Both the position numbers and the translations under genes were made by a program. Below, piece after piece: positions 39,015 through 49,427 of a stretch of DNA of 64,000 nucleotides. Location: IMG/VR virus record IMGVR_UViG_3300048597_000133, positions 1-64,000 of that record; one strand, 5' to 3'. Within the stretch, counting starts at the first letter, position 1. Every line of letters starts with the position of its first letter. The notes beneath the pieces were generated by a model, which did not search any database, was not told where the DNA came from, and saw nothing but the letters and a program-made list of their open reading frames with translations. This DNA comes from a virus.

Positions 39015-39886
39015 AGTAAAGTAAAGTCAAATCGGGCAGCTCGGTTGGTTTTATACTGAGTCGAGCTTTTAACTAGTTTCATGAAGTTAAGAAACTGGTT
39101 AGGGTCGCGGATGACAACACAACCAGCGCTCCAAGTACTTATGTACGAGTTAAAAGCGCCACGCCAACCAGTCGTTTTAGTAGTATGCAAGTTAATTCCA
39201 TTCCAGTACTCAGTAGTGACGCGGTCATCCCTATAAAAGTTACGATTAGCGTCACGGACTAAGATGGCAGGACCTACTTGTTGTAAAGCTTCATAACCAC
39301 GATGGCGACCAACAGTCCAGATTTGTCGATGTTGTCCTAATTGAAGGCGGGCAGCCCCACCTCTATTTAAAGGATTAATGGTATAGTATCTGCCCGGCTC
39401 TGTAGTCCCAACGTAAAGACAAGACCATTTAGGTTGATTTAAAGCATCAAATTGCATGATACCGATTAGGTCATTCCAGCGGTCAGGCGCGTCATTGTTA
39501 GCTGTACCGTCTAGATTAAGACCTTCTATGCCGATGATATTAATGGCGCCGGGGCGCTGGTCTAATATAAAACCCCGCTCGACACAACAACGGAATGCGC
39601 GGTCCACTATGGAGTTACTACTGGGTAGTTTAGGAGTCTTTAAAAGTTCAGCCAAAGACCCTGCACCAACCAACTCCGGAGACTTTTGGTGGATAGTATT
39701 CTTAAATGTATTCCAACCACCTTGAGTAAGAGGACCATAAAGTCCGTCAATGCGGTCTTTAGGGTACAACCCTCGATGAGATAGTAAGGTTTGCAGTTCT
39801 TTAAGTTCTGCAGAAGTGAGAGCTTTTACTGCTTTGGGGTCTCCTTTCGACATTAAGGCAGTAAGAGCCGGGTATAGATTGCTCAT
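38996..39886 (-). CDS. Lysin: peptidoglycan-binding domain plus His/Cys (YkuD-like) peptidase
   Basis: IDGLYGPLT; TTEPG, GINLH..WSAGCVV. Confidence 0.75.
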   Translation of the reverse strand: MSNLYPALTALMSKGDPKAVKALTSAELKELQTLLSHRGLYPKDRIDGLYGPLTQGGWNTFKNTIHQKSPELVGAGSLAELLKTPKLPSSNSIVDRAFRCCVERGFILDQRPGAINIIGIEGLNLDGTANNDAPDRWNDLIGIMQFDALNQPKWSCLYVGTTEPGRYYTINPLNRGGAARLQLGQHRQIWTVGRHRGYEALQQVGPAILVRDANRNFYRDDRVTTEYWNGINLHTTKTTGWRGAFNSYISTWSAGCVVIRDPNQFLNFMKLVKSSTQYKTNRAARFDFTLLWRDWL

Positions 39887-39909
39887 AATGATGGCTAGGG
39901 CTTAGTAGC

Positions 39910-40254
39910 TTATACTTTCAACCTAGTCAGAACACCTTCTAAAGCGGTAATCAGTTCCATATGGCGGTGGGCAGTGATTACCTTTAAAGACCCTTTCTCT
40001 TCTACTTCTGCGATATATGGGTATCTAGAACTGGGGCGGCTAACGACGACAGTATAGTCTTTAGCCTTACTAGTTCTATCCTTTAAGGAGACCCATACTT
40101 CCTCGTCATCTACGTCTTTAACTGTTACAGAAAAAGTCGTACCCAGAACTTTTCTAATGGTTCTACGGATACTACGTATTTGGTCCTGTGTCATAGTTTT
40201 GCTACTCAATAATCGACTTAGTGAGCCCAAACCGGGGCGATAGAATAAGAACAT
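39910..40254 (-). CDS. Hypothetical protein (probable start MTQDQ)
   Basis: Operon ORF. Confidence 0.5.
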   Translation of the reverse strand: MFLFYRPGLGSLSRLLSSKTMTQDQIRSIRRTIRKVLGTTFSVTVKDVDDEEVWVSLKDRTSKAKDYTVVVSRPSSRYPYIAEVEEKGSLKVITAHRHMELITALEGVLTRLKV

Positions 40255-43131
40255 GCTCCTTTAATCTCAGACCCTAAAGCCTCAAATTGTTCGGTTTGTA
40301 CCTGTTCCATTATCTGTTTAATAGACTCAGCTATCTCTAATGCTAGGACATCATGCTCGAAGACTAACTCTGTGTATAGCCCGTCGGCGCTCTTCTTGCT
40401 CTTGTCCCAGTCAATGGTAGACTTACCTGGAGCGTAGATTAAGATTTCCAATCGGTGTTACGCCCTACCCGATTCCGATAGGGCTCCTTAGCTTTCACTA
40501 AGGGTCAGACTATATCATCAGCATTATCATGCTGCAACCTGTTTCGAGGTCTCTTGACCCCTACTCCCTTGCGGGATAGTCGTTGGACGGTCAAAGAGTC
40601 CTACCTTGTAATACATACCATACAGCTTATTCTTACAGATAAATGATTCTACAAAAGAGCCGAACGCGCTAGCGCCTTTAGTCCCTATATATAGATAGTT
40701 ATAACTTTTACCACTTTTCTTGACGTCTTTCCGCATTGCAGGTCTGAAACTTAGCAGTGATTCAAACTTATCTATCAGATGCAAAGTCTCTTCATCATTT
40801 AGCATGTTGCAGTAAAGGTGCATAAAGTGTTTCTTTTTATGCCAACTACCGTCATCTAAGTACCAAATTATTAACTCGTTTATAGAGAGCCTATCTATAG
40901 CTTCTTTATAGGTTAAGTCAGCTAAGACATCAGCGTAGTAGAAAGGCGATGTCCTAAACGAATAAATAGGTTTATCTCCGTAAGAATCTGGATGTTGTTC
41001 ACTCACTCGTAACCTATCTTCGTATCCAACATATTTAGCCTTCCATTTTATATAGTCGGCGTCCGTACCACTAAACGTTATTTGATGATGTCTACAGCTC
41101 TTTTGTTTAGATATACACCCATCGCCTAATTTAGCTGTCAGATACAAGTTTATAGGAGTCATTTATAGTAGAGTAAGGTAAGGACTCTAAGCTTCGCTGC
41201 TGATTGCCCAATCTTATGTAATTATAAGCTCTAAGGGGTTCCCAGCAATTAAGGTTGTTTACCCACGACAAAATCTATCGTGCACCTGTCCGATAAGCTG
41301 AACTCTGTTATCATTGAATATAGGGTGGTTATCAATCCACTTCTGTATCCTCAACATTGACTCCTTCGTTTGTGAGCAGCTGAGGCTTTGAATGGCACAA
41401 TTAACAGCAGCGCGCACCGCAGAGTCGCCGTCCTTGCCGCCTGACCGCTCTTCGGACACCCACCTCCATCGTCCAGTCAAGGGCACAATACAAAACCCCC
41501 GTGCGGAGGCTAATGCCCCATAACTTTCAGCCCATTCATAATACCCGGCATAGGTCTTACGATGATTAGCCACCCAGGACTCTGCTACATCCAACTTCAC
41601 ATGGTTTCGTTCACTGATTGACTGACTAGTACTTAAGTACAACATCGCAAAATTGAGCGTCTTTGAGATGTCTCGTGGTTTACGCTTTTCTCCAGGCTGT
41701 ACAACGCGAACAATAGCGTCCCACTCTGACTCAGGCTTCCCTTCTATAAGATGAGGATGGGTGCAAGTGCACCCAGTTAATGTATGAAGGTCAGAGTAGG
41801 GGTCTGGGTATTCTGTCCCATCTGGTAACTTCTTTTTCTTGGGCAATAATTGAGCCTTAGTCATAGCAGGGTCTTTGCTTAATACCGTAGCTACGGCTAT
41901 TTCTTGCAGTATTGTTATCATTGAGTTCTTTATCTCAACTTCTTATGGTTTACTATCCCATAAGCTCAGACTATATCATCTTCCTGTACATACAGGAAGG
42001 AGGGCGCTCGTGGCTGCATTACTGTCTGTTCTAGACTCGGCAGCTAGTCGTTACACTTTCCTACTATCCCTAGTAGACTTAGCTCGGGATTATCCTTAAA
42101 TACTCAGAGGACGTTCCCCGAATTCACCCCCTTTGCTCCTAAACATTACTATTTAGGGGAGCCGGACTTACTACCTAGCAGAATATCTCTCTTTCTATGG
42201 AGAGCTGGCGCTGATAAATCACTATACAAATAGCTTATAAACTTCCTTCTGTTATCAGATACGCCTGATACGTATGCTGCATGTACATTTTCTTTTATAA
42301 GTCTATACCAACAATTAACGCCTTGTGATTGCATATAATCAAGCGCTTGGTCTATAAAAGATTTACTGCCTGAAAATATGTAAGTTGATGTTTTATGAAC
42401 TGTACCGTTCCCATCAAAGTACCCTCGGATAAAATCCCAGGTGAAGTTAAAATTTAACTTAAGGGTAAGGCTTTTTCTCGGTGTAATACCTAAAGAGATA
42501 AGGAAGTCTACAACCATCACATTAGAGAATCCTACGGCATATTCATATACGCCATATTTTTTATTCCAAGACCTGTTCACATTTACAGGTGCTTTTAAGA
42601 ATTCAATATACTTCTCTAAGTGTTCTGGGTCTTTATTTGTACAAATACGTACGCAGCTGGCTTTGCCTTTAATGTCACTAACACAACCGTCGGATGCTAT
42701 ATAACCCAACCAGTACTGAGTTTCAGGATTGGTTAAATCAGCAAATGGATTATGGTGAACTTTTCGTAGTCTATCTCCTGTAGAGATTAGAGGTATGTTA
42801 TTACGCAAAAGAATTCTCCTAACGGAAGTATTGTTAGCTAAACCTGTTTCTTTAGCTATCTCTACTGTGTTTAATCCTTGTTTGTATAACGATACAACTA
42901 ATTCTTCAGTTTCTTTAGAGCAACGCTTAGGCATAATTTCTACTGTAGTTAGTGTTTTTGACTCGAGTAATCTAAAGATACTATACAGCTCCCAGAGCCA
43001 TCACCGCAGGTAAAGCCATTACGTGGGTTGCTGACAAAAGATACAACTTCTTCCTCAGTCTGTGGTTTGTCTAAGGCTACAGCAGTTTGGTTGGTGCCGG
43101 GCCTAGTAGTTATTCTTCGTTTTCGTTTCAT
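40218..43131 (-). CDS. polA: Family A DNA polymerase, C-terminal part; exons 43131-42961, 41906-41277, 40448-40218 (343 aa spliced)
   Basis: Splicing restores motif A SLDYSS|QEIAV and motif C QVHD|EILI; motif B RDISKTLNFAMLY and RAAVNCAIQS lie in exon 2. Confidence 0.9.
40449..41276 (-). mobile_element. Group I intron 2 in polA motif C
   Basis: Exon ends in U; P1 CACGAU/GUCGUG; P10 AGAUUUU pairs with exon 3 GAAAUCU; AAUUGCUGGGAA, AAUCAGCAGC, CAACGACUA, GAUAUAGUC core elements; terminal G. Confidence 0.92.
40527..41162 (-). CDS. Intron-encoded LAGLIDADG homing endonuclease
   Basis: LTAKLGDGCI and IIWYLDDGS motifs; 3' end overlaps the intron core. Confidence 0.88.
   Translation of the reverse strand: MTPINLYLTAKLGDGCISKQKSCRHHQITFSGTDADYIKWKAKYVGYEDRLRVSEQHPDSYGDKPIYSFRTSPFYYADVLADLTYKEAIDRLSINELIIWYLDDGSWHKKKHFMHLYCNMLNDEETLHLIDKFESLLSFRPAMRKDVKKSGKSYNYLYIGTKGASAFGSFVESFICKNKLYGMYYKVGLFDRPTTIPQGSRGQETSKQVAA
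41907..42960 (-). mobile_element. Group I intron 1 in polA motif A
   Basis: Exon ends AGU; GAAUUCGGGGAA, AAUCCCGAGC, GUAACGACUA, GAUAUAGUCU core elements; ends ..AUACUG before CAA GAA ATA. Confidence 0.88.
42149..42934 (-). CDS. Intron-encoded LAGLIDADG homing endonuclease with N-terminal HTH
   Basis: YWLGYIASDGCV and FIRGYFDGNG motifs. Confidence 0.9.
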   Translation of the reverse strand: MPKRCSKETEELVVSLYKQGLNTVEIAKETGLANNTSVRRILLRNNIPLISTGDRLRKVHHNPFADLTNPETQYWLGYIASDGCVSDIKGKASCVRICTNKDPEHLEKYIEFLKAPVNVNRSWNKKYGVYEYAVGFSNVMVVDFLISLGITPRKSLTLKLNFNFTWDFIRGYFDGNGTVHKTSTYIFSGSKSFIDQALDYMQSQGVNCWYRLIKENVHAAYVSGVSDNRRKFISYLYSDLSAPALHRKRDILLGSKSGSPK

Positions 43132-43364
43132 GGGCGGTCACTTAGTTCCTTGAGCTTTTGTTTGCCTTTTTTGGTTAAGGTGAGCGGAGCTGACTGTTTA
43201 AGCAAATCTTTACCCTTGAGAGATTTAAGGGCGTCGGCAATTTGCTGTTTAGTTAGCCCCCCGCAGTCTATAGGATAAGCAATAGGGTTGTGGTCTATAA
43301 AAGACTGCAACACCAATTGCTCATCTTCTGTTAACTGCGGACCAAAGTTATTGGACTGGGTCAT
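43128..43364 (-). CDS. Small winged-HTH-like protein
   Basis: GLTKQQIADALKSLKGKDLL..LTKKG; ATGA-coupled to polA exon 1. Confidence 0.5.
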   Translation of the reverse strand: MTQSNNFGPQLTEDEQLVLQSFIDHNPIAYPIDCGGLTKQQIADALKSLKGKDLLKQSAPLTLTKKGKQKLKELSDRP

Positions 43365-45828
43365 GGGCGGCGGTGGCGCGTAAGGTCTCTAACTCATTAA
43401 TAATGTCTAACAACTGCCACGACTTATCCATGTCATAGCTATATGGATAACCAGTTACTAGCTCTCGGTACTGCCAAATCACGTCACCCATAAGCAAGTA
43501 AGAGTCTTCAACTTTTCTATGTAAGCCTACCTTTATGCGACGGTATTCTTCACACAAAGCTCTAAATTCAGGACTCCAATCAGCAATGCGCTTAGTGGTT
43601 ACTGGGATAAACCTGCCCAGTCTCATACGAATGCGGGGGTAGATATTACCACACATGTTTGAGTCTCCGGCAAAATCTAGAATGTCTGCTGAGTGTTTAC
43701 TTTCTAACCATTCGAAAAGGCTCTGTCGAACTTCTTGTATGCTGACCCAATTACATAAACCAGCTTGCCTTAAGGTCGTGATCTTATCTGCCGCGTTGCT
43801 TGATACAGTAAACCGAAAAGGATGGTAGTGCTTAATGAAACAGCGCGGCGCCATAGCTACACACTTATAGTTCTTATCAGTGGATATAAACCCATGGTCA
43901 TTATCAGACTCTAGATAAATAATCCGTTCAGATAATAACGCTTCGTTAATGTCATCTAAGTTCTCTACAGTGTGTACATGCGCCCAGCTACCTACTGGAA
44001 TGTAATCTTTGGACGTGTTACGTAGCTGACGCATCAAAACAGCCAGGTTTACCCCAGTCTTAGCCTCCACCTCATCCTTCTTACTTTTGTTTGTTGGTTT
44101 AGACTTAGGGCTGCTATATACCCCCAGATAATTAATAAGGGCGCCATAGGACTTAAATAGACGGTCGATTTCGTTAACAGATGCCTCGCCGTTAGCTAAC
44201 TTTAAGACTAATATTGGTCCATCGACACGTTCTTTATAGACCCGCTCAAGTTGCTTCAATGTCACATCTTGCCCGCGCGTCGCCACTACAGTAAGACCTA
44301 AGCCCAACACCTTTAACCTATTTATCTTTGTGCCACCTTTCGGCACCGCTTTAATCCTATGATGTACGTAGTTATCCCGTAGCTCCTTACATAGGTCATC
44401 TTCATACCTATAAAGGTGATCTTCGTGAGCCAGGATATAAAACTTAGAGACAGCCCAAGACGCATTTATGTCGTTGTTATTATCTTGATAAGACTTTAAC
44501 CCGGTTGCATGTGGGTGCAAAAGGTTAATGGTCTTAGTATCCCCTTCGTATAAGAACTCAGGGTACGTAGATTCAGCATGTTCCCCGCCTTTATAGCAGA
44601 GAGTATACTCACCAAACTTGACGGTGTAAGTAAGGTTATTCAGCCTATAACAAGACAACACAGCCAAGACCTTACAGCAAAACTTAAAGAACGTGTTAGC
44701 TAAGGTCGTCGCGTTGTCTAACTCATCTACGTTCTTTATATAGACATCAAAAGCCTTTTGGATATGTCGCCCTATTTCCTGGTTGAATACTTCTGTAAGA
44801 GCTTCGTAGGCAAGCTGCTTTACGGATTCTAAGGTCAACCGTTTGAGGTCATTATCTAGTAGCTCTTCGCGACTAGTGTTAAGAGGTAAATAGCCGGGCG
44901 GTACCCGAATAACCACAATATAATGTGACTCAGTACTTAACTGCCTAAATCGTTCAACGAAGGACAAAGCGGTTTCAATAGTATCTTGCCGTCTAAGTCT
45001 GAGACCGCTACCTGACGAGTAATATGACCTGCGGTTAAGTGGGTATAATGCACCGCCCAAATCTAAAACTAGATACTCACCACTAAACCGGTTAGCCAGA
45101 TAAAAGTCTACAGTGATGTCTACACCTTTATTGTCTTTGATAGGTAAAGACCAGCACTTAAACTCTTCTAGATTATGGTTAAACCACCAGTCATCGTCTT
45201 CACTATCTTCGTGAAAAGACTCTCCTTTGAGAATATTGACTTTATACCTAGACACCTCCGTTAAATCTAAGACATTGGAGATTATGGTGTCCACAGAGGT
45301 TTTAGCCGTAGGTATAGTCACCTCTAATCCAGTATTGTCGGCGGGCACCGGCTCCGGCCCAGACCAAACAGTCAGCTCAGGGATGTGATACTCATTGAGA
45401 TTACAGAGGTATAGAGTTTCATAGCCGCCGTGAAAACTACGGATATAGAACTGTTTGGAGAATGCTAATGGCGCTAAGCGACCTACACCGTAAGCGCCAA
45501 TGGCGTTGGCATTATCCTCCTTAGTGCTTTCTCCAATGTGGGTATATAACCCGTGCATTTGCTCATCACTTAGCCCTGGCCCGTGGTCTCGAATAACAAC
45601 CCGGTCTTTTTCTATAGTGATGTCTACGGCTAATCCAGGCGCTACTTCGTTATTAGCGTCGTAGGCATTGCTAATAATCTCCCGTAGGGCGGCGGTCAGT
45701 GGGTTGGCATATTGCTGGGTAATTAAGAGCTGACTTAGTTTAGCCAGTTGCTGTCGCTCTAACTTAATAGTGAACTCTTTACCAGACTCGTTTTTAATGG
45801 CAGTGCGGGATTCTAAGATGGGTTTCAT
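43348..45828 (-). CDS. rIIA-like protein with GHKL (HSP90-type) ATPase domain
   Basis: Y.NP..A.REIISNAYDA, IRDHGPGL, STK, IGAYGVG, TGLEVTIP. Confidence 0.8.
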   Translation of the reverse strand: MKPILESRTAIKNESGKEFTIKLERQQLAKLSQLLITQQYANPLTAALREIISNAYDANNEVAPGLAVDITIEKDRVVIRDHGPGLSDEQMHGLYTHIGESTKEDNANAIGAYGVGRLAPLAFSKQFYIRSFHGGYETLYLCNLNEYHIPELTVWSGPEPVPADNTGLEVTIPTAKTSVDTIISNVLDLTEVSRYKVNILKGESFHEDSEDDDWWFNHNLEEFKCWSLPIKDNKGVDITVDFYLANRFSGEYLVLDLGGALYPLNRRSYYSSGSGLRLRRQDTIETALSFVERFRQLSTESHYIVVIRVPPGYLPLNTSREELLDNDLKRLTLESVKQLAYEALTEVFNQEIGRHIQKAFDVYIKNVDELDNATTLANTFFKFCCKVLAVLSCYRLNNLTYTVKFGEYTLCYKGGEHAESTYPEFLYEGDTKTINLLHPHATGLKSYQDNNNDINASWAVSKFYILAHEDHLYRYEDDLCKELRDNYVHHRIKAVPKGGTKINRLKVLGLGLTVVATRGQDVTLKQLERVYKERVDGPILVLKLANGEASVNEIDRLFKSYGALINYLGVYSSPKSKPTNKSKKDEVEAKTGVNLAVLMRQLRNTSKDYIPVGSWAHVHTVENLDDINEALLSERIIYLESDNDHGFISTDKNYKCVAMAPRCFIKHYHPFRFTVSSNAADKITTLRQAGLCNWVSIQEVRQSLFEWLESKHSADILDFAGDSNMCGNIYPRIRMRLGRFIPVTTKRIADWSPEFRALCEEYRRIKVGLHRKVEDSYLLMGDVIWQYRELVTGYPYSYDMDKSWQLLDIINELETLRATAAHDPVQ

Positions 45829-46184
45829 TAGTTCTTGATGGGGAATTTGGACTCGAAGGATTCTTTGAGGGCATTAGCTAACTGAGTGCCTTTATCTAAG
45901 GCCATATCACTTAGCTCTTTAGGGTCTAATCCTGGATAATCTTCAATTAGCTGCGGGAGATAAATTATGGCGCAGGTCAATGCTTCAGTTGCCCAATACT
46001 CGTCGGAATTAATATAAGGGTCTTGCTCTTCAGCTAAAAGCGTATAGAGGTCGCATAACTGGTCTTCGATGGAAGACAGGTATTGATCCCGGTCAGCGAT
46101 TTGTTTGAGGTAATGGGCGCCGTAGACCACGGCCTTCTGAATAGTCTTGAGGTAGTTAAGAACGTGAGTCAGTGGATTGTTCAT
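45828..46184 (-). CDS. Hypothetical protein
   Basis: TAATG-coupled to the rIIA-like gene. Confidence 0.6.
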   Translation of the reverse strand: MNNPLTHVLNYLKTIQKAVVYGAHYLKQIADRDQYLSSIEDQLCDLYTLLAEEQDPYINSDEYWATEALTCAIIYLPQLIEDYPGLDPKELSDMALDKGTQLANALKESFESKFPIKN

Positions 46185-46524
46185 TGGTTTGGTTTAGGTA
46201 GGTAAAACAAAGCCCGCCGATTACTGTATCGACAGGCTTTTCGCAAAAGGTGTTGATTAAGTGCTAGCGCCATTCAGGCTCAGCTTTCTGTAGCAGAGTC
46301 GTGAGGTTGGCACGCCTATTCTTTACCTTAAGCCTTTTGTTGGTGTTTAGGCTTCTAAGATATGCAGTGGTTTTTGTCTGGTAATTAGTAGTTGAGTTCA
46401 TGGATTTGGTATCAAAATATACCATTTGATTATAGCGCGGCGGTTGATAACCTTTTTGTTTAGCGGCGGCTAGAAGTGGACTAAGTTGAGTGTAGTCGAG
46501 CTCCTATTTTGTCTATGAGTAGTT

Positions 46525-47673
46525 ATGGCTAGTTTAAAAGAGCTGTACAGATTACAGAGCACGCTGACGGGCGAGCAGGTTAAGAGTTTATACGAAGGGG
46601 AGTTTGACACTAACGCCTACACTGATGCTGAGAAAAATCGCTTAGCTAGTCTTTATTACACCCCTACAGCCACTAAGACTTCTAACTATACAGCTGTTAA
46701 TGGTGAAGAAGTTAGGTGTGATACTACAACCGCCGGGTTTACAGTAACCCTACCTCTTAGTGGCTCTGTAAGGATAGTAGACATAGTGGGCACAAATATA
46801 AACAGTGGCTTTGGGACTAACTCGTTGATGTTGGTAACACAAGCTGGCCACACTATATTGGGTGAGTCAGACTTAGAGTTAGATGTTGGCGGGCTCCGTC
46901 TTGTGCTGGCTTTGTATGGTAGTGACTGGAAGGTTATAGATGCTTTAGGACCACAATTTGCTGCCCTTGAATGGGATATGGTCCTTAATAAGCCGGCATT
47001 TGGCACAGCAGCGTTAACAGATAGTACTGAGTATGCTACGGCAGAACAGGGTGCTAATTCTGTTCAGGTGACAGGTAACCAAACTATTGCTGGAATAAAA
47101 ACTTTTACTTCTCCCCTTATCCTTCCTGACAATTCCCGCATCAATGGGGTAGAGCATTTTTATAGAACTACTAAGCCCACGGCAAGAGGGGATGGGAGTG
47201 CGTTGGTTGCTGGTGATAAGTGGTACAAAAAAGATACTGGAGAAGAATGGTGGTGGAATGGGACTTATTGGGTTGGGGATATCATTGTAGCCTCAAATTC
47301 TTCAAGTCACAGTATAACTACCACAACGGAAGGGTATGGGGTTCCTTCGCCCACCTACCCTCAAATACTGATTGAATTTATTTCTAGCTACTTTTATCTT
47401 AATGATATCGATGCCACTATTGATCCAGAAAATTATCATGTATTAAGACTTTATAGAAATGGTAGCACTTATGTTGCTGATCTTTTAATCCGTCCCGCTT
47501 CGGGAACACAGTCTGGCGCAATTAATTACATTAGCCCTCAACTTTCAATTTATTCGTCAACAACCGGGGGGTTTCAGTTTTCGTATCGTTACGACGCAGG
47601 TAATGGTACTCCTGGCCCTGTGAATACGCAATCGGTTGTCAAGACTTTGTATTACAGAAATGTATTTATCTAA
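46525..47673 (+). CDS. Tail fibre protein, cassette 2
   Basis: LTGEQVKSLYE..DTNAYTDAEK, KPAFGTAAL..ATAEQG, GNQTIAGIKTF. Confidence 0.8.
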   Translation: MASLKELYRLQSTLTGEQVKSLYEGEFDTNAYTDAEKNRLASLYYTPTATKTSNYTAVNGEEVRCDTTTAGFTVTLPLSGSVRIVDIVGTNINSGFGTNSLMLVTQAGHTILGESDLELDVGGLRLVLALYGSDWKVIDALGPQFAALEWDMVLNKPAFGTAALTDSTEYATAEQGANSVQVTGNQTIAGIKTFTSPLILPDNSRINGVEHFYRTTKPTARGDGSALVAGDKWYKKDTGEEWWWNGTYWVGDIIVASNSSSHSITTTTEGYGVPSPTYPQILIEFISSYFYLNDIDATIDPENYHVLRLYRNGSTYVADLLIRPASGTQSGAINYISPQLSIYSSTTGGFQFSYRYDAGNGTPGPVNTQSVVKTLYYRNVFI

Positions 47674-48143
47674 TGAAACGCAACTCAACTACTTTATTCC
47701 TCGTGTCCCCCGGTGCTACTACTCCCATTCCATGGGTAAATGGTGCGCCTGATTTCTCTGCTTTCACAGAACCAACGCTATCCGTTTTGCAAAATAGCTG
47801 GCAGGCATTTCTTGATAGTGGGCAGGAGTTAGAGGTAGTACCTGATCCTGAACCAATAGTAGAACCTCCTACACCTAACTGGGATGGTTTTAACGCCTAT
47901 ATGCTCACCGACTCCACTTTCAAAACATATCGTGATTCTGTAAGACAAGCTGACGGCGACCTTAACGCTGCTTTATTCAACGCGTATGCGTTAGTAGTGA
48001 GTAATGGAGTAGCACCATTCGCTTTAATATGGGGCGTCTGGTGTCAGTTAGCCCAAATTACTGCAGAGGATAAGGAGCAAATAGCCACCGCAGCTGAAAG
48101 CTTTAACCTTACTAACGACTTTATTAACACTATAAGGGGGTAA
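47673..48143 (+). CDS. PNWxGFN family tail-fibre accessory, copy 2
   Basis: PNWDGFNAYML..AESFNLTNDFINTIRG. Confidence 0.65.
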   Translation: MKRNSTTLFLVSPGATTPIPWVNGAPDFSAFTEPTLSVLQNSWQAFLDSGQELEVVPDPEPIVEPPTPNWDGFNAYMLTDSTFKTYRDSVRQADGDLNAALFNAYALVVSNGVAPFALIWGVWCQLAQITAEDKEQIATAAESFNLTNDFINTIRG

Positions 48144-48145
48144 CT

Positions 48146-48631
48146 GTGCCTAAGATATCAGAAAAATTAAAGCTAAAAGGGCACTTAGACGGCACGGAAA
48201 TCAAATCCTTATACGAAGGCGTCCCAGATACCAATGCTTTTACTGATAGTGAAAAGTATAAGCTTAATAACTTAGTAGGCAATATAGAAACTTTTATTCT
48301 GCTACTTACTCCACCGGAAGTAAATATCACCCTCGACGCCAATATACCGGCTATCAATTACTTTCCTTATGCAATGACCGTCACTTCTATACTGGCTAGT
48401 TTAGATATAGCACCCACTGGTTCGGCGGCAGTGATTAATGTGTTCAAAAACGGTACAACAATGCTCAACGCCAGCAAGTTAACCATAGCGGCTGGGACTA
48501 AAACTGTGGTCGGCACTTTGGTCACTACCACCATTGCGGCTGGGGATGTGATTAGCGCATCCATCGACCAGATTGGGGCGACGGTTCGAGGTCAGTATTT
48601 AAGCATAACAATTAATGGGGAGAGGGCTTAG
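48146..48631 (+). CDS. Short tail-fibre/adaptor protein, cassette 3
   Basis: LDGTEIKSLYE..DTNAFTDSEK anchor, then APTGS..GDVI..IDQIG domain. Confidence 0.7.
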   Translation: MPKISEKLKLKGHLDGTEIKSLYEGVPDTNAFTDSEKYKLNNLVGNIETFILLLTPPEVNITLDANIPAINYFPYAMTVTSILASLDIAPTGSAAVINVFKNGTTMLNASKLTIAAGTKTVVGTLVTTTIAAGDVISASIDQIGATVRGQYLSITINGERA

Positions 48632-48633
48632 AT

Positions 48634-49422
48634 ATGGGGACTACTGTTGTTTATTGCTACGATATTAGCCTTGATCCAGATGCTTACAATTACATTAAGG
48701 CTGTAGAAACAGCGGATGGTCAGGCATTAGAACCAACCACCAGAAAAGCATACGATAAGTTTATTCGGTCTTGTAAACAAGATGGAATGCTGGATTTAAT
48801 AAAAGCCTGTTGTATTTTGGCGGGAGCAAGAACATTAAATGGAGCTTTGGTGCCATTGAAAGGAACTGCGCCGACTAATTTTAATTTTGTGGGTAGTGAT
48901 TATAACCGCAAAACGGGGTTAAAGGGAGATGGAAGCAACAAGTATTTAAGGACAGCAACAACACTAAACGATATAAATATTGATGATTTTACCTTGTTTT
49001 GTAACATAACAGAAGCGCAGACTGTTAGCACTGCCGGTTGGGTTTCGGCAGCGCAATCTAACGAGACAACTTTGTATTTGGGGAGTTATAACGCTGGATC
49101 AGCAGATGGTGTTTCGGTTGGGCTTGCTACAGGAAGGGCAGGGCTGACTAGAACCACAGCTGTTGGATTTCACGGGGGGAGGGGAAACAGTACAAACTAC
49201 AGGGAATATTATTGGGATGGACTAATTAGAAGTACAAACACAACCTCTCAGGCACTTATTACATCTAGTGCTAATTTTTGTATATTCAGAGCAGGAGAGA
49301 ATGTACTTGGTCAATTTTCAAATCCTAGAATGTCCATTTGTGGATTAGGCAAATTTCTAGATTTAAGTTTACTTAACAACTGTGTAACCCAACTAATGAC
49401 CGACATCAACAACGCATTTTAA
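48634..49422 (+). CDS. Putative receptor-binding/lectin-like tail protein
   Basis: DA..YI.AVE.ADGQALE..GARTLNGALVPL..GLKGDG; position within the cassette. Confidence 0.55.
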   Translation: MGTTVVYCYDISLDPDAYNYIKAVETADGQALEPTTRKAYDKFIRSCKQDGMLDLIKACCILAGARTLNGALVPLKGTAPTNFNFVGSDYNRKTGLKGDGSNKYLRTATTLNDINIDDFTLFCNITEAQTVSTAGWVSAAQSNETTLYLGSYNAGSADGVSVGLATGRAGLTRTTAVGFHGGRGNSTNYREYYWDGLIRSTNTTSQALITSSANFCIFRAGENVLGQFSNPRMSICGLGKFLDLSLLNNCVTQLMTDINNAF

Positions 49423-49427
49423 TTATC

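Noticed and set aside
41259-41921. Stand-alone 220-aa ORF starting MITILQ
   Set aside because: It is polA exon 2; its start and stop lie within intron sequence.
23000-46650. Invertible segment between oppositely oriented fibre genes
   Set aside because: The shared anchors are diverged at synonymous positions, with no identical crossover site and no adjacent invertase.
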